DNA of 64,000 bases, taken from assembly GCA_947573445.1 (NCBI GenBank), contig CANPFR010000002.1:42675-106674 (forward strand), in the 5' to 3' direction. A program made the position numbers and the translations under genes. Positions 1-11,600 of the stretch are shown in pieces. The stretch's first letter is position 1. Every line of letters starts with the position of its first letter. The notes beneath the pieces were generated by a model. That model was given only the letters and a program-made list of their open reading frames with translations, made no database searches and was not told where the DNA came from. Source of the stretch: an uncultured Clostridia bacterium. Its GTDB lineage: Bacteria; Bacillota; Clostridia; TANB77; CAG-508.

Positions 1-208
1 AGTTACTATACCGTGAAAATAACCCTGCTACCAATTCCGCAACTGTTGAAACACTTACTGCAGCATCAATTGCAATTTGGGATACCCCCTCTTTTGTATA
101 GGAAATAAGCTTTAATGGAACCTGTTTTCTTTTCATGTTCCCCCAATTTTCCATATACGCCGTAAAAACCAAGCCTCCATCCTTTGAAACTCCTACAAAT
201 TCCAACAT
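1..208 (-). CDS. hypothetical protein (partial, continues beyond window start)
   Basis: The ORF runs off the 5' window edge. The ATG at 206-208 is preceded by a GGAAGGA RBS, whereas the longer ATG at 237 would put an in-frame CGG at codon 7. No family recognised. Confidence 0.3.
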   Translation of the reverse strand, partial: MLEFVGVSKDGGLVFTAYMENWGNMKRKQVPLKLISYTKEGVSQIAIDAAVSVSTVAELVAGLFSRYSN

Positions 209-412
209 TGTTAATTCCTTCCGAACTTTCATGTAATACATCCTTTCTTTTAATTATAATACTTTTTTGTGCAATTTAATAAATTTTGCACAATACCTTA
301 AAGTTACTTACTTTTTATTAATATCACATTTCTATAAAAAAGTAAAGTTTTCTTTCCTGTAAAAAAAGCTCAGATTTTTTAAAATCCAAGCTTTTTTCTA
401 ATTTTATATTCA

Positions 413-871
413 TTATTCTTCTACTTTTGTATATTCTGCACTTCCAAAAGCAAGTATTAATTGGAAGATAGTTGGTAAAAAGAACAATCCAACTGCAAAT
501 CCTGTTCCTCTTCCAAAAGATTTTGCAAGTCTTCCACAAAGTTTTGCCATTAGGTAAATCATAGCAATTCCTATAGCAAACATAATTAAACTTGTAAGTA
601 CTCCTGCACTCTCCATTCTAAGAATGAAAGAATATATCAAGCTTAATCCAAATGAAATCCAGAAAAACTTAGGTTCCCAAGCTATTTTGTATAAAACGTA
701 ATTATTATAAATTGGAATAATAGCTTTCCAACCTTTTTCTCCAGCTTTACTGAAAATTTTCCACATTGCTACAACTGTTAAAATATAAACTACTACTACT
801 ATCGCTAAAATTGTTTGAATAACTTGTAAAACAGCTTCTACAGTTGCTTGTTGTAATACTATCTCATTCAT
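413..871 (-). CDS. small multi-pass membrane protein, unknown function
   Basis: ORF track 413..928. The internal start MNEIV at 871 is preceded by an AAGGAGGGGA RBS. About 4 TM helices. Confidence 0.5.
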   Translation of the reverse strand: MNEIVLQQATVEAVLQVIQTILAIVVVVYILTVVAMWKIFSKAGEKGWKAIIPIYNNYVLYKIAWEPKFFWISFGLSLIYSFILRMESAGVLTSLIMFAIGIAMIYLMAKLCGRLAKSFGRGTGFAVGLFFLPTIFQLILAFGSAEYTKVEE

Positions 872-1057
872 TAGTTCCCCTCCTTTTATATATGATATGA
901 TTATGTTATCAAGCTCATTACTCGACAACCTTATCTACTATACCACAATATTTTCATTATTTCAATACTGTAATCAAAAATTAATTAAATTGTAATATTG
1001 TTACAAATTTGTTCTTATTTTTTTGAAAACTCATATAATGATTCCAAGGTGATTTTC

Positions 1058-2404
1058 TTGAACAAAAAAGTCAAAACATTTTTGATAAACAGTTTTATCG
1101 TAACTGCCAGTTCCATTATTTTTAGGATATTAGCAATTTTTTTTAATAGTTATATTACGCAAAAAATTGGGAAAGAAATGCTTGGTGTTTTTAACCTAAT
1201 CATGTCTGTTTACCTTTTTGGTATTACCTTTGCTACTTTTGGTATTAATTTTGCTGTTACGCGTTTGGTTTCAGAAGAACTCGCTATTGGAAATCAAGAA
1301 GGCGTCAATAAAATTGCAAAACGCTGTATTTTGATTAGCTTTTTTTGTGGATTAATGGCAAGCTGTGTATTTCTGACATTATCTGATTTCATCATTCAAA
1401 AATGCCTTCACAACAAAGTGGGGAAAAATGTTATTAATACCATTTGCATTGCACTCCCTTTTATTTCCATGTCCTCTGCAATTTCTGGCTATTTTATAGC
1501 CGTTCGACGTGTTTATAAATCAACTATTGCACAATTTTTCGAACAAATCATCAAAGTATTCATTACAGCCTTGTTTTTATCATTCTTTTTGCCAAATGGC
1601 TTAGAATATGCCTGTTTTTCACTAATCTTAGGAGATTTGATATCCGAAGTTTTCTCCTTTGTTTGCAATTATTTACTTTATCTACAAGACTCAAACATCT
1701 ATAAAACCGCTTATAATACACATTATAAATATTCTTATTACAACAAAAAAATATTCAAAATGTCTGTACCAGTTGCTATCACTTCTTTTATACGTTCTGG
1801 TCTATCAACTTTAAAACAAATCATTATTCCACTTAGTTTTGAAAAAAACAAAATTAATTGCTCCAATGCCTTATCCATCTATGGTGAAATTAATGGGATG
1901 GCAATGCCAATTGTTGTATTCCCTAATGTGATATTTTCATCTATCAGTAGTCTATTTGTCCCAGAATTTGCCACTTACCATGCCCAGAATCGCTATCAAA
2001 CAATTCGAAAGATTGTTTCTATTGTACTTATTATTTCCATTTCGCTTTGCCTTTTTATCAGTTTTTCGCTTTTCATTCTAGCAGAGCATTTAGGAAATTG
2101 GATTTACCAAGATGCTAATATTTCAAACTACATAAAAATTCTCTCTCCACTTGCCCTCTTCATCTTGATCGATTGTGTCATAGACAATATTTTAAAAGGC
2201 TTAGATGCTCAAAATACAGTCATGATTATCAATATTTTGGATACTTTTGTTGATGTTATCTTAATTTATACCTTAGTTCCAAATTTCGGAATTCCAGGGT
2301 ACATTCTATCTATTTATTTTAGTGAAATATTTAATCTCATTTTAAGTATGGGAAAATTGATTCAAATCGTGTATTTAAAAAAAGAGGTCTCACTTCAAAA
2401 GTGA
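1058..2404 (+). CDS. MOP-superfamily oligosaccharide flippase (SpoVB/MurJ/Wzx-like polysaccharide biosynthesis protein)
   Basis: About 450 aa with 12-14 predicted TM helices and an N-terminal architecture like SpoVB or Wzx. Likely TTG start at 1058 after an AAGGTGA RBS (the ORF track starts the frame at 998). Confidence 0.55.
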   Translation: MNKKVKTFLINSFIVTASSIIFRILAIFFNSYITQKIGKEMLGVFNLIMSVYLFGITFATFGINFAVTRLVSEELAIGNQEGVNKIAKRCILISFFCGLMASCVFLTLSDFIIQKCLHNKVGKNVINTICIALPFISMSSAISGYFIAVRRVYKSTIAQFFEQIIKVFITALFLSFFLPNGLEYACFSLILGDLISEVFSFVCNYLLYLQDSNIYKTAYNTHYKYSYYNKKIFKMSVPVAITSFIRSGLSTLKQIIIPLSFEKNKINCSNALSIYGEINGMAMPIVVFPNVIFSSISSLFVPEFATYHAQNRYQTIRKIVSIVLIISISLCLFISFSLFILAEHLGNWIYQDANISNYIKILSPLALFILIDCVIDNILKGLDAQNTVMIINILDTFVDVILIYTLVPNFGIPGYILSIYFSEIFNLILSMGKLIQIVYLKKEVSLQK

Positions 2405-2430
2405 AACCCCTTTCTTTTTATTTAGCATAA
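2385..2430. terminator. hairpin between convergent flippase gene and rny (bidirectional terminator)
   Basis: tctcacttcaaaagtgaaac stem-loop followed by cccctttcttttt. Confidence 0.4.
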
Positions 2431-3962
2431 TCCACTACTCTAGATTCTCTGATCACATTAACTTTTATAGTTCCTGGATATTCCATTTCATTTTCAACTT
2501 TTTTTGCCACTTCTCTTGCCATAATTACCATTTCACTATCAGAAACTTTGTCTGGTTTTACAACAAGTCTTACTTCACGACCAGCCTGAATCGCAAACGA
2601 TTTTTCAACACCTGCAAAAGAATTCGCAATTTCTTCTAATTTTTCCAATCTTTTAATGTATGTCTCCAATGTTTCGCGTCTTGCCCCTGGACGTGATGCT
2701 GAAATGGCATCAGCCGCTTGAACTAGAATAGCTTCCATTGTTTGAGGCTCAACATCTCCATGATGTGCTTGTACAGCATTAATCACAACATGATTTTCCT
2801 TAAATTTTTTCAATATGTCAACACCAATTTCAACATGTGTCCCTTCCATATCATGATCCAAAGCTTTTCCTATATCATGTAATAAGCCTGCTCGTCTTGC
2901 TATTTTTGAATTAACCCCCAATTCATCTGCCATCATTCTTGCCAAATTAGCTACTTCCATTGAATGATTTAACATATTTTGTCCATAACTGGTTCGATAC
3001 TTCAATTTTCCAATTAGTTTAATCAGTTCTGGATTTAAGTTATTAACACCAGTTTCCAAAGCAGCTCTTTCCCCTGCTTCTTTGATAGATACCATAATTT
3101 CCTCTTTTGCTTTTTCCACCATTTCTTCAATTTTAGCTGGATGAATTCTGCCATCATCAATTAATTTTTCCAAAGCAACTTTTGCAACTTCCCTTCTTAA
3201 TGGATCAAATCCAGAAATAATAACTGCTTCTGGCGTATCATCAATAATTAAGTCCACTCCAGTTAAAGTCTCTAAAGTCTTGATATTTCTACCTTCTCGA
3301 CCAATGATACGGCCTTTCATTTCATCACTTGGTAAAGAAACAACAGATACTGTTGTTTCAGAAGTATGATCAGCAGCACATTTCTGAATTGCAGTTCCAA
3401 TGATTTCTCTTGCATTTTTTTCAGCTTCGTCTTTTGCTTTTATTTCTAACTCTCTGATTTTTGCAGCTTTTTCTTGAGTAATTTCTTGTTCTAGGTTATC
3501 TAATAATACTTTTTTTGCTTGTTCTTGTGTTAAGCCAGAGATTCTTTGCAGTTCCTCCATTTTTTTATCATATAATCCTTCTACTTCTTGTCTTCTTTGC
3601 TCATTTTCGGCAATTTTTCTTTCTAATTCCTTTTCTTGAGAATCTAAAAGCATTGCTTTTTTTTCAAAATTTTCTTCTTTTTGTATCAATCTCTTTTCTT
3701 GTGACTGAATATCGCCCCTTCTTTCTTTAATCTCTTGATCTAATTCATTTCGAATTTGTAAAACTTCTTCCTTCGCTTTAATCAATTCTTCTTTTCGAGA
3801 ATTTTCAGCTTCTATTTTCACATTTTCCATGATTCTTCTAGCTTCATTTTCTGCACTTTGAATTTTAGATTCTGCTGTTTTTTTTCGAATTCTTACCCCG
3901 ATTGGGATAAAGATAACAGCTGAGATTAGAACAGTGGCAACAATAATCATAACAATTTGCAT
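2418..3962 (-). CDS. rny: ribonuclease Y
   Basis: N-terminal TM anchor, long coiled-coil, KH domain ([11 protein letters not shown]...) and HD domain (LLHDIGKA), 514 aa. Confidence 0.9.
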   Translation of the reverse strand: MQIVMIIVATVLISAVIFIPIGVRIRKKTAESKIQSAENEARRIMENVKIEAENSRKEELIKAKEEVLQIRNELDQEIKERRGDIQSQEKRLIQKEENFEKKAMLLDSQEKELERKIAENEQRRQEVEGLYDKKMEELQRISGLTQEQAKKVLLDNLEQEITQEKAAKIRELEIKAKDEAEKNAREIIGTAIQKCAADHTSETTVSVVSLPSDEMKGRIIGREGRNIKTLETLTGVDLIIDDTPEAVIISGFDPLRREVAKVALEKLIDDGRIHPAKIEEMVEKAKEEIMVSIKEAGERAALETGVNNLNPELIKLIGKLKYRTSYGQNMLNHSMEVANLARMMADELGVNSKIARRAGLLHDIGKALDHDMEGTHVEIGVDILKKFKENHVVINAVQAHHGDVEPQTMEAILVQAADAISASRPGARRETLETYIKRLEKLEEIANSFAGVEKSFAIQAGREVRLVVKPDKVSDSEMVIMAREVAKKVENEMEYPGTIKVNVIRESRVVDYAK

Positions 3963-4486
3963 AACTTCGTTTACCTCTTTTCTATTAAATTTTCAATGTA
4001 CAAATAAATTATTTATTCATCTATATAATTTATATTGTAATTTTCCTATTTAATATTTTATATGTATATTGCAAAACTGTCAAGTACTTTTTGAAAATTT
4101 ATGTCAATTTTCAAAATAAAATGGTTTGTCAATATAGATTCCATGATTTCTCCTCCACCAATCGCTATTATCTTTCTTTGCATTTTCTCACCTCTACCAT
4201 CCAATCATTACATCAACTAATTGATCAGTTTCTCTTTATTTCCTTTTCTATTTTATTTTCGGTATGTCCTAAACTTTTAGTGCCTTTTCATTATAACATG
4301 AAATTCTTATATTTTGAAGATATTTATTATATAATTTAAATCCCTGTATTTTATTTACGTTAAATCTGCTAAAATCATTCGTAGAGCACTAGAGCATAAT
4401 TCCTTGATATGACCTTATTATAGACCTCTCCTTTGATTTCTTCGAAAAATATCATTTTTCTGCTATTTTCTTGATATCCAATCTTT

Positions 4487-4574
4487 TTATGGCTCTCTAA
4501 CGCATTCTGTGGCGTTTTTTGATGTATTTATATGAAAATGAATGATTTTTCATTCAAAAATGCAAAAAAACACC
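4487..4574 (+). repeat. dispersed intergenic repeat family 1, copy A (two hairpins: aacgc..gcgtt and aatgaatgatttttcattc)
   Basis: Shares about 85-110 nt with copies at 20991, 36869, 39326, 45080 and 48195. Confidence 0.55.
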
Positions 4575-4625
4575 AATAAAGGGGCGACCTTAGTCTCCCC
4601 CTTTATTGGTTGTTTTTGCTTTTTA
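4571..4625. terminator. rho-independent terminator downstream of nifS (bidirectional)
   Basis: caataaagggg...cccctttattg stem with T-runs on both sides. Confidence 0.55.
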
Positions 4626-4723
4626 TTTAAACCTAGAAATTTTTCTCCAGTCTCTATTTTCCCCTCTTTTTTATCTTAACATTATACTAACTTTTTAATT
4701 CATGTCAATTATTTTAAAAAAAA

Positions 4724-5875
4724 TCACCTTAACTTTTTCACAATTTTTACCAAATTTCCCACCAAATAATCGACATCTTCCACCGTATTTTCTCTTCCAA
4801 ATGTAATTCTTAAACTACTTCTGGCAATACTAGCTGGAACTCCAATTGCCAACAAAACATGCGATGGATTTAATAGACCTGCACTACAAGCCGAACCGCT
4901 TGATGCACAAATTCCAACTTTGTCTAATTCTTGTAGCATTTTTCCACCATCAACACCTTTAAAACAAATATTAGCATTACCAGGCAGACGATTTTCCAAA
5001 TCACCATTTATTCGAATAAATGGAATTGTTTTTTCAACACTTGCAAAATAATATTCTCGAAGACTTTTTAATTTTTTATTGTAATCTTCCAATTCATTTT
5101 GAGCAATTTCAATTGCTTTACCAATCCCAATAATCCCTGCAACATTTTCTGTGCCAGATCTTTTATCACGCTCTTGATGGCCACCATCTTGCATTCTGAT
5201 AAAATTAACATTATCACTAATATACGCAGCTCCAATTCCTTTTGGTCCATAAAATTTATGAGCTGACATAGACAAAGCAGAAATCCCCAACTTTTTCACA
5301 TCAATATCTATATTCCCAATTGCTTGAACCGCATCTGTATGAAAATAGACCCCATATCGATTAGCCATTCTTCCAATTGCCTGTATCTCTTGAATGGTTC
5401 CAATTTCGTTATTAGCAAACATAATGCTGATTAGAATCGTCTGTCTGTTTATGGCTCTTTCTAGTTCTTTTAAATCAACTCTTCCTTGAGAATCAACATT
5501 CAGATACGTTACTCTAAACCCCATATATTTTTCCAAAAAATCGCATGTATTTAGAACAGCTGGATGTTCGATTTTGGTAGTAATGATATGATTGCCTCGT
5601 CTTCTGTTTGCAATTGCAATTCCTTTGATAATTAAATTGTCACTTTCAGTTCCTCCACTTGTGAAATAAATCTCATTTAAATTACATTTCAAAGCATTTG
5701 CAACTCTTGTTCTAGCCACTTGAATGGCTTCTTTATTATTTTTTCCAATACCATACATAGATGAAGCGTTTCCAAAATTCTCTGTCAAATATGGCATCAT
5801 TTCATTTAATACTCTATTATCAATTGCTGTTGTAGCAGCATGATCAAAATATCTAATATTCTGCATAATTTCCAA
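4724..5875 (-). CDS. nifS: cysteine desulfurase, class V aminotransferase (NifS/IscS-like)
   Basis: 383 aa with PLP-lysine motif SMSAHKFYGPKGIGAAYI, HTDAVQAIG, and an active-site loop SSGSACS. Confidence 0.85.
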   Translation of the reverse strand: MEIMQNIRYFDHAATTAIDNRVLNEMMPYLTENFGNASSMYGIGKNNKEAIQVARTRVANALKCNLNEIYFTSGGTESDNLIIKGIAIANRRRGNHIITTKIEHPAVLNTCDFLEKYMGFRVTYLNVDSQGRVDLKELERAINRQTILISIMFANNEIGTIQEIQAIGRMANRYGVYFHTDAVQAIGNIDIDVKKLGISALSMSAHKFYGPKGIGAAYISDNVNFIRMQDGGHQERDKRSGTENVAGIIGIGKAIEIAQNELEDYNKKLKSLREYYFASVEKTIPFIRINGDLENRLPGNANICFKGVDGGKMLQELDKVGICASSGSACSAGLLNPSHVLLAIGVPASIARSSLRITFGRENTVEDVDYLVGNLVKIVKKLR

Positions 5876-6046
5876 CTTCCTTAAATTTAAAATTTATTTA
5901 CTCATAGTATTGTATGATTTTCCATTTTAAATTGTGCAAATTTTTAGAAATTATACGATTTGACATTTTAATAGCATCTCTAAAAGTTAACCAAAAAAGC
6001 GAAAAACACATTGCAAGTAATCCTTTTTCCATTCTTGCAAATGTGT

Positions 6047-6430
6047 TTATTTTCCTTCCCACCTTAATATTTTGATATCTTTATATTTATCCAAAATCTG
6101 CGTATACTTTTGATAATCTTCCTCCCACAAGGCATCTGGTACTTTATCAAAAGCATTGAAAACTTTTTCTGCCTCTTTTAGAAAAATAATTTGTTGCTGA
6201 GGCGTTAATTTGTCATATTTTACGCAAAATGCATATAATTTATCTAATGTATCATTGGCCTTGATAAACGTCCAAAAATCGTTAACTTTCATTCCAGCCA
6301 TTTTGATTTGTGCTACTGCTAATACCCCTAACAATACTATTATCAAAACTAACAAAAATATTATGCTTAAAAATTCTATCATTTTCTTTGGCTCTCTTTC
6401 GTAATTTATCTTAAAAACTATTCTTCCCAA
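6047..6430 (-). CDS. small membrane-anchored protein, unknown function
   Basis: One TM segment ([20 protein letters not shown]). Overlaps the yebC start by 13 nt, so the true start may be the internal MIEFL. Confidence 0.35.
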   Translation of the reverse strand: MGRIVFKINYEREPKKMIEFLSIIFLLVLIIVLLGVLAVAQIKMAGMKVNDFWTFIKANDTLDKLYAFCVKYDKLTPQQQIIFLKEAEKVFNAFDKVPDALWEEDYQKYTQILDKYKDIKILRWEGK

Positions 6431-7143
6431 TTGTGATATACTTCTGTTACATCATCTAAATCTTCTAAATTATCAATCAAGCGTTGCATTTTTTCAGCAT
6501 CTTTTTCGTCCAGAGTAACATAGGTACTTGGTACCATTTGAACACCTGCTTCCAAAAATGAAATGCCTGCTTCTGTTAAGCTTTCTGTAACTGATGTAAA
6601 ATCACTTGGTAAAGTTGTAATTTGATATACTTCTTCTTCAGCCTCAAAGTCTTCTGCTCCATTGTCAATGGCTAACATCATCAAATCTTCCTCTTCTAAT
6701 TGACAGTTAGCTTTTTCAATAACGAGAATTCCTTTTTTCTCGAACATATAAGAAACACAACCTGAAGTTCCTAAATTTCCTCCTGCTTTACTAAAAACAT
6801 GACGCACATCTGCTGCTGTTCGATTTTTGTTATCTGTATTACATTGTACAATCACAGCAACTCCATTGGCTCCATAGCCTTCATACGTAATTTCTTCATA
6901 ATTGGTATTAGAACCTTCTCCTGATGCCTTTTTGATGGCATTATTGATTGTATCATTTGGCATATTGTTGGCTTTACATTTAGCAATCACATCTTTTAAT
7001 TTTGAATTACCAGCAGGATCTGGACCACCTTGTTTTACGGCAATTAATAATTCTCTTCCTAATTTGGTAAATACTTTCCCACGAGCAGCATCTGCTTTTC
7101 CTTTTTTGGCTTGAATATTGTGCCATTTGCTATGTCCACTCAC
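6418..7143 (-). CDS. yebC: YebC/PmpR family DNA-binding transcriptional regulator
   Basis: [31 protein letters not shown]... is the canonical YebC N-terminus. 241 aa. Confidence 0.85.
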   Translation of the reverse strand: MSGHSKWHNIQAKKGKADAARGKVFTKLGRELLIAVKQGGPDPAGNSKLKDVIAKCKANNMPNDTINNAIKKASGEGSNTNYEEITYEGYGANGVAVIVQCNTDNKNRTAADVRHVFSKAGGNLGTSGCVSYMFEKKGILVIEKANCQLEEEDLMMLAIDNGAEDFEAEEEVYQITTLPSDFTSVTESLTEAGISFLEAGVQMVPSTYVTLDEKDAEKMQRLIDNLEDLDDVTEVYHNWEE

Positions 7144-7689
7144 TTTTCATCTCCCCTTTCTTATTTTCCCTTGTATTTAAGCATTTTTCAAGGTTTTTGC
7201 TTGTATTTTTAATCCTAAAAATTCTTGGCCCAACTTTGTTGATTTTTATAGGGTTTTGTAGTTCTGTGTTGAACGAATTGTGCCAGAAAATTCTTTTCAA
7301 GTATTATGTGAATAAATTATCTGGGCAATTTTTTCAAGCTATTTTTCTACCCCAAAGTATTGTATCACATTATTTTAAATTTGTGTAGTATTTTCACAAA
7401 TAAAACTTGTATTTTTTATTTTATCGAAAAATTCTTACTTATATTAATGTTAGTTTATATCTCTCCTATAGAATCTTCTTTATAATCTTTTGACAATCAT
7501 ACCCATTCATCTATTATATCAGTATAATTGTCAAAAGCTCTCTATCAGTACAAATGTATACAATTTCATCATTTTGTTGTACATTTGTAAACATTATTTT
7601 TTAAATTTTCATAGATATATAACGCTTAAAAGAGAGCAAACTCTCCTCTTATGCATAATTCATAATTAACATTAAATTCAAACTGTTTA

Positions 7690-8049
7690 CTATACTACTC
7701 TTGCTCCAAAAGGTGCTAAAGATAATTTAGCAATTTTAAAGAATTGAACTCCAAATGGAATACCTACTATAGTTATGCACCATATACAACCAAACAATAA
7801 ATTTTCAAGTGCCATTGGAATCCCAAAGAAGATAATCCATATTACATTAGCAATTACTGATGCAACTCCTCCACCATATTCGACATCTTTGCCAAATGGT
7901 GCAAATGATAAAGCTGCAAATTTAAAACATTGCTTTCCATAAGGGATTCCTATTATTGTAATACACCAAATAAGACCTGATATAGACCAAGAAAGTCCAC
8001 TTAAAAAACCTCCAAAAATAAACCATAAGATATTACCTAAAATGCTCAT
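7690..8049 (-). CDS. YccF-domain (DUF307) inner membrane protein
   Basis: Tandem GxxxCITIIGIPxGxQxFKxAxLSxxPFG repeats. Start taken at MSILGNILW. Confidence 0.6.
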   Translation of the reverse strand: MSILGNILWFIFGGFLSGLSWSISGLIWCITIIGIPYGKQCFKFAALSFAPFGKDVEYGGGVASVIANVIWIIFFGIPMALENLLFGCIWCITIVGIPFGVQFFKIAKLSLAPFGARVV

Positions 8050-8213
8050 ATTCTTTTCTCCTTTCATATAACTTTTTAATAAACTTGTGAGAATCACCTT
8101 TTGTAACTTTTAATTCGTTGTTGCTATTAAAAATTTTTTTCTATATCTTGCCAGTTGCTATTGTTTAATATCTCTGCATTTTCTCCCTTATATATTGTAA
8201 TTTATCGCTAACC

Positions 8214-8642
8214 TTATTTAAACAATTCTTCTGCCAATTCATTAATATTTCCACTAACATTATCTTTTAAATAATATAATGAATTATATAATTCGACATT
8301 ATTTTCTTTTCTATTTGTAAAATAATCATCTAATTCTATTAATTCGTTTTTAGATTTAATAATTCCTCTTTCATATTCTTTTTTATTCGTAGAACCTGCA
8401 ATAGTTATTTGACTTTGATACGTTATATATTTATAGTCACTATTATTTAAGTTATAAATATATATCATATATTGTGTTCCTGCATCTATTCCTAACATAT
8501 ATGAATAATACATTGTAGCAATACATTCTTCATTCTCATCAATCTTTATATCTTTATTTTTCAATATATTGCAAATTATAAAAATTGTTATTATTGCTAT
8601 TACACTCACAACTATCAAAAAAGGTTTTACACATTTTTTCAT
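8214..8642 (-). CDS. secreted or membrane-anchored hypothetical protein
   Basis: N-terminal signal/anchor MKKCVKPFLIVVSVIAIITIFIIC. No recognisable domain. Confidence 0.4.
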   Translation of the reverse strand: MKKCVKPFLIVVSVIAIITIFIICNILKNKDIKIDENEECIATMYYSYMLGIDAGTQYMIYIYNLNNSDYKYITYQSQITIAGSTNKKEYERGIIKSKNELIELDDYFTNRKENNVELYNSLYYLKDNVSGNINELAEELFK

Positions 8643-8914
8643 AAACTAACTCTCCTATATAAATTACTATTTTTCTCTTCTTTCCTTCTTTTAGATACAA
8701 AAATAACCATACTTTTGAGATAGGGAACACTCCAAAATATGGTTTCCAATTTTACTTATTTGTTATTTTTTGTGGTTTTTTGTTATTCTTTGTTAATTCA
8801 ATTGTACCTAAAACATCTATTTCAAAAATGAAATCGTTGTGGCTGTAAGGATAGAAGGAACGATATTGTGCCATTTACTATGACCAGACTTTTTCCTCTC
8901 CTCCTTTTTAGGTA

Positions 8915-9478
8915 TTATAACATACTTGTTTTAATTTGTGTAGTATTTTTACAATTTCTGTCTATGATCTCCAAAATAGTTGCTAAATCTTCTTTTGTAA
9001 GTTTAGCTTGTTTCATTCCTTTTTGTATTTCCATACAACTTTCTTTCAGGTAATATACCTCACTGTCTAACATAATTTTATGGGTATCGATTCCATTGCA
9101 TAATTCTGAGTCATATTTCAAATTCACTAAAATATTGTATAATTGGTTACTATCATGATAATCCCTTATTTCCACTGTTTTTCCATTATATTCTACACTT
9201 ATTGTGATTTGTTTGGGTAATTCATATTTCATAAACCAGTTTCCCATTTTAGTGCCAATATTGTTTTCATATGGTTCTTCAGGAGATACGCTAACATATC
9301 GAATCACTTTGTAACCCAAGCCCCAATAAGTTACTTTTCTCCCATCCAAGCTAACTCTTTTAATAGCACATTGAGGTTCATGACCTGTTGTTACCCTAGC
9401 ACTATCTACATAATTGGTTATCATGGCAGAAATAATGATTAAAATAATTATAATCACAATCCATTTTTTCTTTTTCAT
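8915..9478 (-). CDS. secreted or membrane-anchored hypothetical protein
   Basis: Start taken at MKKKKWIV (ATGA overlap with the stop of the upstream gene). Signal/anchor followed by a Cys-containing soluble domain. Confidence 0.4.
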   Translation of the reverse strand: MKKKKWIVIIIILIIISAMITNYVDSARVTTGHEPQCAIKRVSLDGRKVTYWGLGYKVIRYVSVSPEEPYENNIGTKMGNWFMKYELPKQITISVEYNGKTVEIRDYHDSNQLYNILVNLKYDSELCNGIDTHKIMLDSEVYYLKESCMEIQKGMKQAKLTKEDLATILEIIDRNCKNTTQIKTSML

Positions 9479-9834
9479 GATTTTTGTATCTTCTCCCATT
9501 CTTTTTCTCGAAAGCCCACAAAAATAAAGTTTTCCCCAATCAGTAATGGTCTTTTGATTAACATTCCATTACTAGCTAACAACTTAATTTTTTCTGCGTG
9601 AGACATTGTCTCCAACTTTTCTTTTAAATTCATATTTTTATAAACGAATCCACTTGTATTAAAAAATTTTTTAATTTCTAGTCCACTTTTTTCAATCCAA
9701 GATTTTAATTCTTCAAAAGTTGGTGTATTGTCTACAATATGTCTGGTTTCGAATGGTACTTGTTTACTTTCCAGCCATTTTTTTGCTTTTTGACAAGTAC
9801 TGCATTTAGGATATTCAACAAACAAATATTTCAT
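9475..9834 (-). CDS. ArsC/Spx-family thioredoxin-fold protein (YffB-like)
   Basis: 119 aa, N-terminal CSTC redox motif and ArsC/Spx-family length. Confidence 0.6.
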   Translation of the reverse strand: MKYLFVEYPKCSTCQKAKKWLESKQVPFETRHIVDNTPTFEELKSWIEKSGLEIKKFFNTSGFVYKNMNLKEKLETMSHAEKIKLLASNGMLIKRPLLIGENFIFVGFREKEWEKIQKS

Positions 9835-9843
9835 AATTTCTCC

Positions 9844-10224
9844 TTACTTTACTTCTGTTTCCCATAAACCATGTTTATTACAATAAGCATATAACTTAGC
9901 ACCTGGAATATAAGGCAAATGACATTCTGCATTTTGTTCTGGGTATAATGTTACAAAATATTCTTTGTTTTCAGAAACCAAGGCAATCCATTCAATAAAA
10001 TGTTCTTTTTCCATCACATGATTTACCTTCACAAAAATACCATCATCCATTTTTTCAAATGTTGGAATATGTTTTTCAATTGCTGCATCCACTGAATTTG
10101 GTTTCACAATTTCCATTGGCTCTTCACAGCAAATCATACCACATCCATTGCAGTTACAATCTTCTATGACATGAACTGTCGCTCCACATTTTTTACACTT
10201 TTTGATTTTTAATTCTTTTTTCAT
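9844..10224 (-). CDS. dfx: desulfoferrodoxin (superoxide reductase)
   Basis: N-terminal desulforedoxin CxxC...CC cluster plus a C-terminal neelaredoxin domain with His and Cys ligands. 126 aa. Confidence 0.8.
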   Translation of the reverse strand: MKKELKIKKCKKCGATVHVIEDCNCNGCGMICCEEPMEIVKPNSVDAAIEKHIPTFEKMDDGIFVKVNHVMEKEHFIEWIALVSENKEYFVTLYPEQNAECHLPYIPGAKLYAYCNKHGLWETEVK

Positions 10225-10323
10225 TTTTCATACCTCCTAAATATTTCATTTGATTATATCATTTATTTTCAATTTTGCAAATTACTTTTTAAAAAAAATT
10301 ATCTCCCCTAATAAACTTTTTAT

Positions 10324-11044
10324 TTAAATTACAATTATTCCACCATAATCAATTACATCAAAGTCTTTAAAATCAATGATTTCCAATTGACGATTTTGAA
10401 GAAACTCTCTGATTTTCCCTTGTTCATCTATTTTTTTTAAGTCACCAAATATCATCATCTTATTTTCTATTCTGGCCATAGCTCCACCTATAAACCCTTG
10501 CATTAAACTATATTCCTTTTGGTCTTTTAATAATTTTATATCAGGTGATTTCTCCAAATACAACACTTCAACCTTGTACTCTCTTAATATTTCTGCAATT
10601 TTTATATCTGTCACAATGGCAGCATTACAATCTATTACTGCAATGGAACAATTAGAATATCCTTGAGAAATCTGTATTTTTTGCAAATTTTCCTGAGCAA
10701 TCAAAGACATTATTTTCTTATCTGTAAACTTAAAATTATGAACTACTTTATTGCCAATTTGACAAATATTATAGGCTATATCTTCTGGATATTTTTTTCC
10801 GAATCCTAGTTTCTCCCAATACTACATGCTCTCTTAATGGCTTAATTGGGAACAAAACTGTATTAAAAAAACTCTCTTCCGCCACAATCCTATTTTGTAT
10901 TTTTCCTGCAAAAATATCAACATGTGATGAAATTTCAGGATAAACTCTAGTCGATTTCGGTACTTCTATTAACTCATATCCCAAGCCTCTTAAAAAAGCT
11001 TTTTCAAAAGCACGCATTCTACCATCAATAATACTATATCTCAT
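10324..11044 (-). CDS. hypothetical protein; two ORFs (10769..11044 and 10324..10710) joined by a +1 shift at in-frame CGG 10799-10801
   Basis: The zero frame reads att CGG aaa and stops 11 codons later. Skipping the C gives att|GGA aaa aaa tat..., which runs without a stop into the downstream ORF (ATG MSLIAQ...). Confidence 0.45.
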
Positions 11045-11600
11045 ATTTTTTTAATTTCTCATTCAATTTTCGATAAATATTTTCTCGTATCCACTCTTCA
11101 TTTGACTCTTTTTCAACCTCTTCCAATGGAATCCATTTTACACCACTATTTTCATCTTCCTTTATTTGCAATACTTCCTTTTCATCAACTTCCAAAAGAT
11201 AAGTCAAATTCAAATGTATATGGGAAGATACATAGTTTTCCTTTTTGACATGACCATTGACACAAAGAATTTCTAAAGAAAACATTTCATCAGACAAAAC
11301 ATTTACATTTTTTACGCCTGTTTCTTCTTTCAATTCTCGAATCGCAGTTCCTTGCAAATCTGTTTCTCCATCAGCATGGCCACCAGGCCATGCCCAGGAA
11401 TTATAAATATTATGATAAACCATTAGTACTTTTGTTTTTTCCTTATTTACAACCCAGCCAGATGCTGTAAAATGAACAAATTCATTTTTTCTTGTTAATA
11501 CATCGTCAAACGTATTCATGTATTTTAGCATTATTTGTTTGTCTTTTTCTTCTTGTTCATTATATGGTCTATAATTTTCAATTTGTTGTTTTAATTCCAT
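11034..11600 (-). CDS. NUDIX hydrolase
   Basis: Nudix box GGHADGETDLQGTAIRELKEETGV. Confidence 0.75.
   Translation of the reverse strand: MELKQQIENYRPYNEQEEKDKQIMLKYMNTFDDVLTRKNEFVHFTASGWVVNKEKTKVLMVYHNIYNSWAWPGGHADGETDLQGTAIRELKEETGVKNVNVLSDEMFSLEILCVNGHVKKENYVSSHIHLNLTYLLEVDEKEVLQIKEDENSGVKWIPLEEVEKESNEEWIRENIYRKLNEKLKKYEI

Noticed and set aside
206-237. Longer N-terminus (MYYMKVRKELT...) for the partial ORF at the window start, which would place CGG in frame at 218-220
   Set aside because: GGAAGGA at 214-220 followed 7 nt later by ATG 206-208 is a better RBS-start pair. The CGG then lies in the RBS and is not coding.
3515-3730. 71-aa plus-strand ORF inside rny, and similar small opposite-strand ORFs (5068..5250, 6210..6404, 6902..7114, 11651..11974, 13059..13262, 23462..23731, 24416..24646, 25851..26226, 41350..41559, 49133..49327, 52147..52464 and others)
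   Set aside because: These lie entirely inside well-supported genes on the other strand, with low-complexity composition, no RBS and no family resemblance. They are typical AT-rich shadow ORFs.
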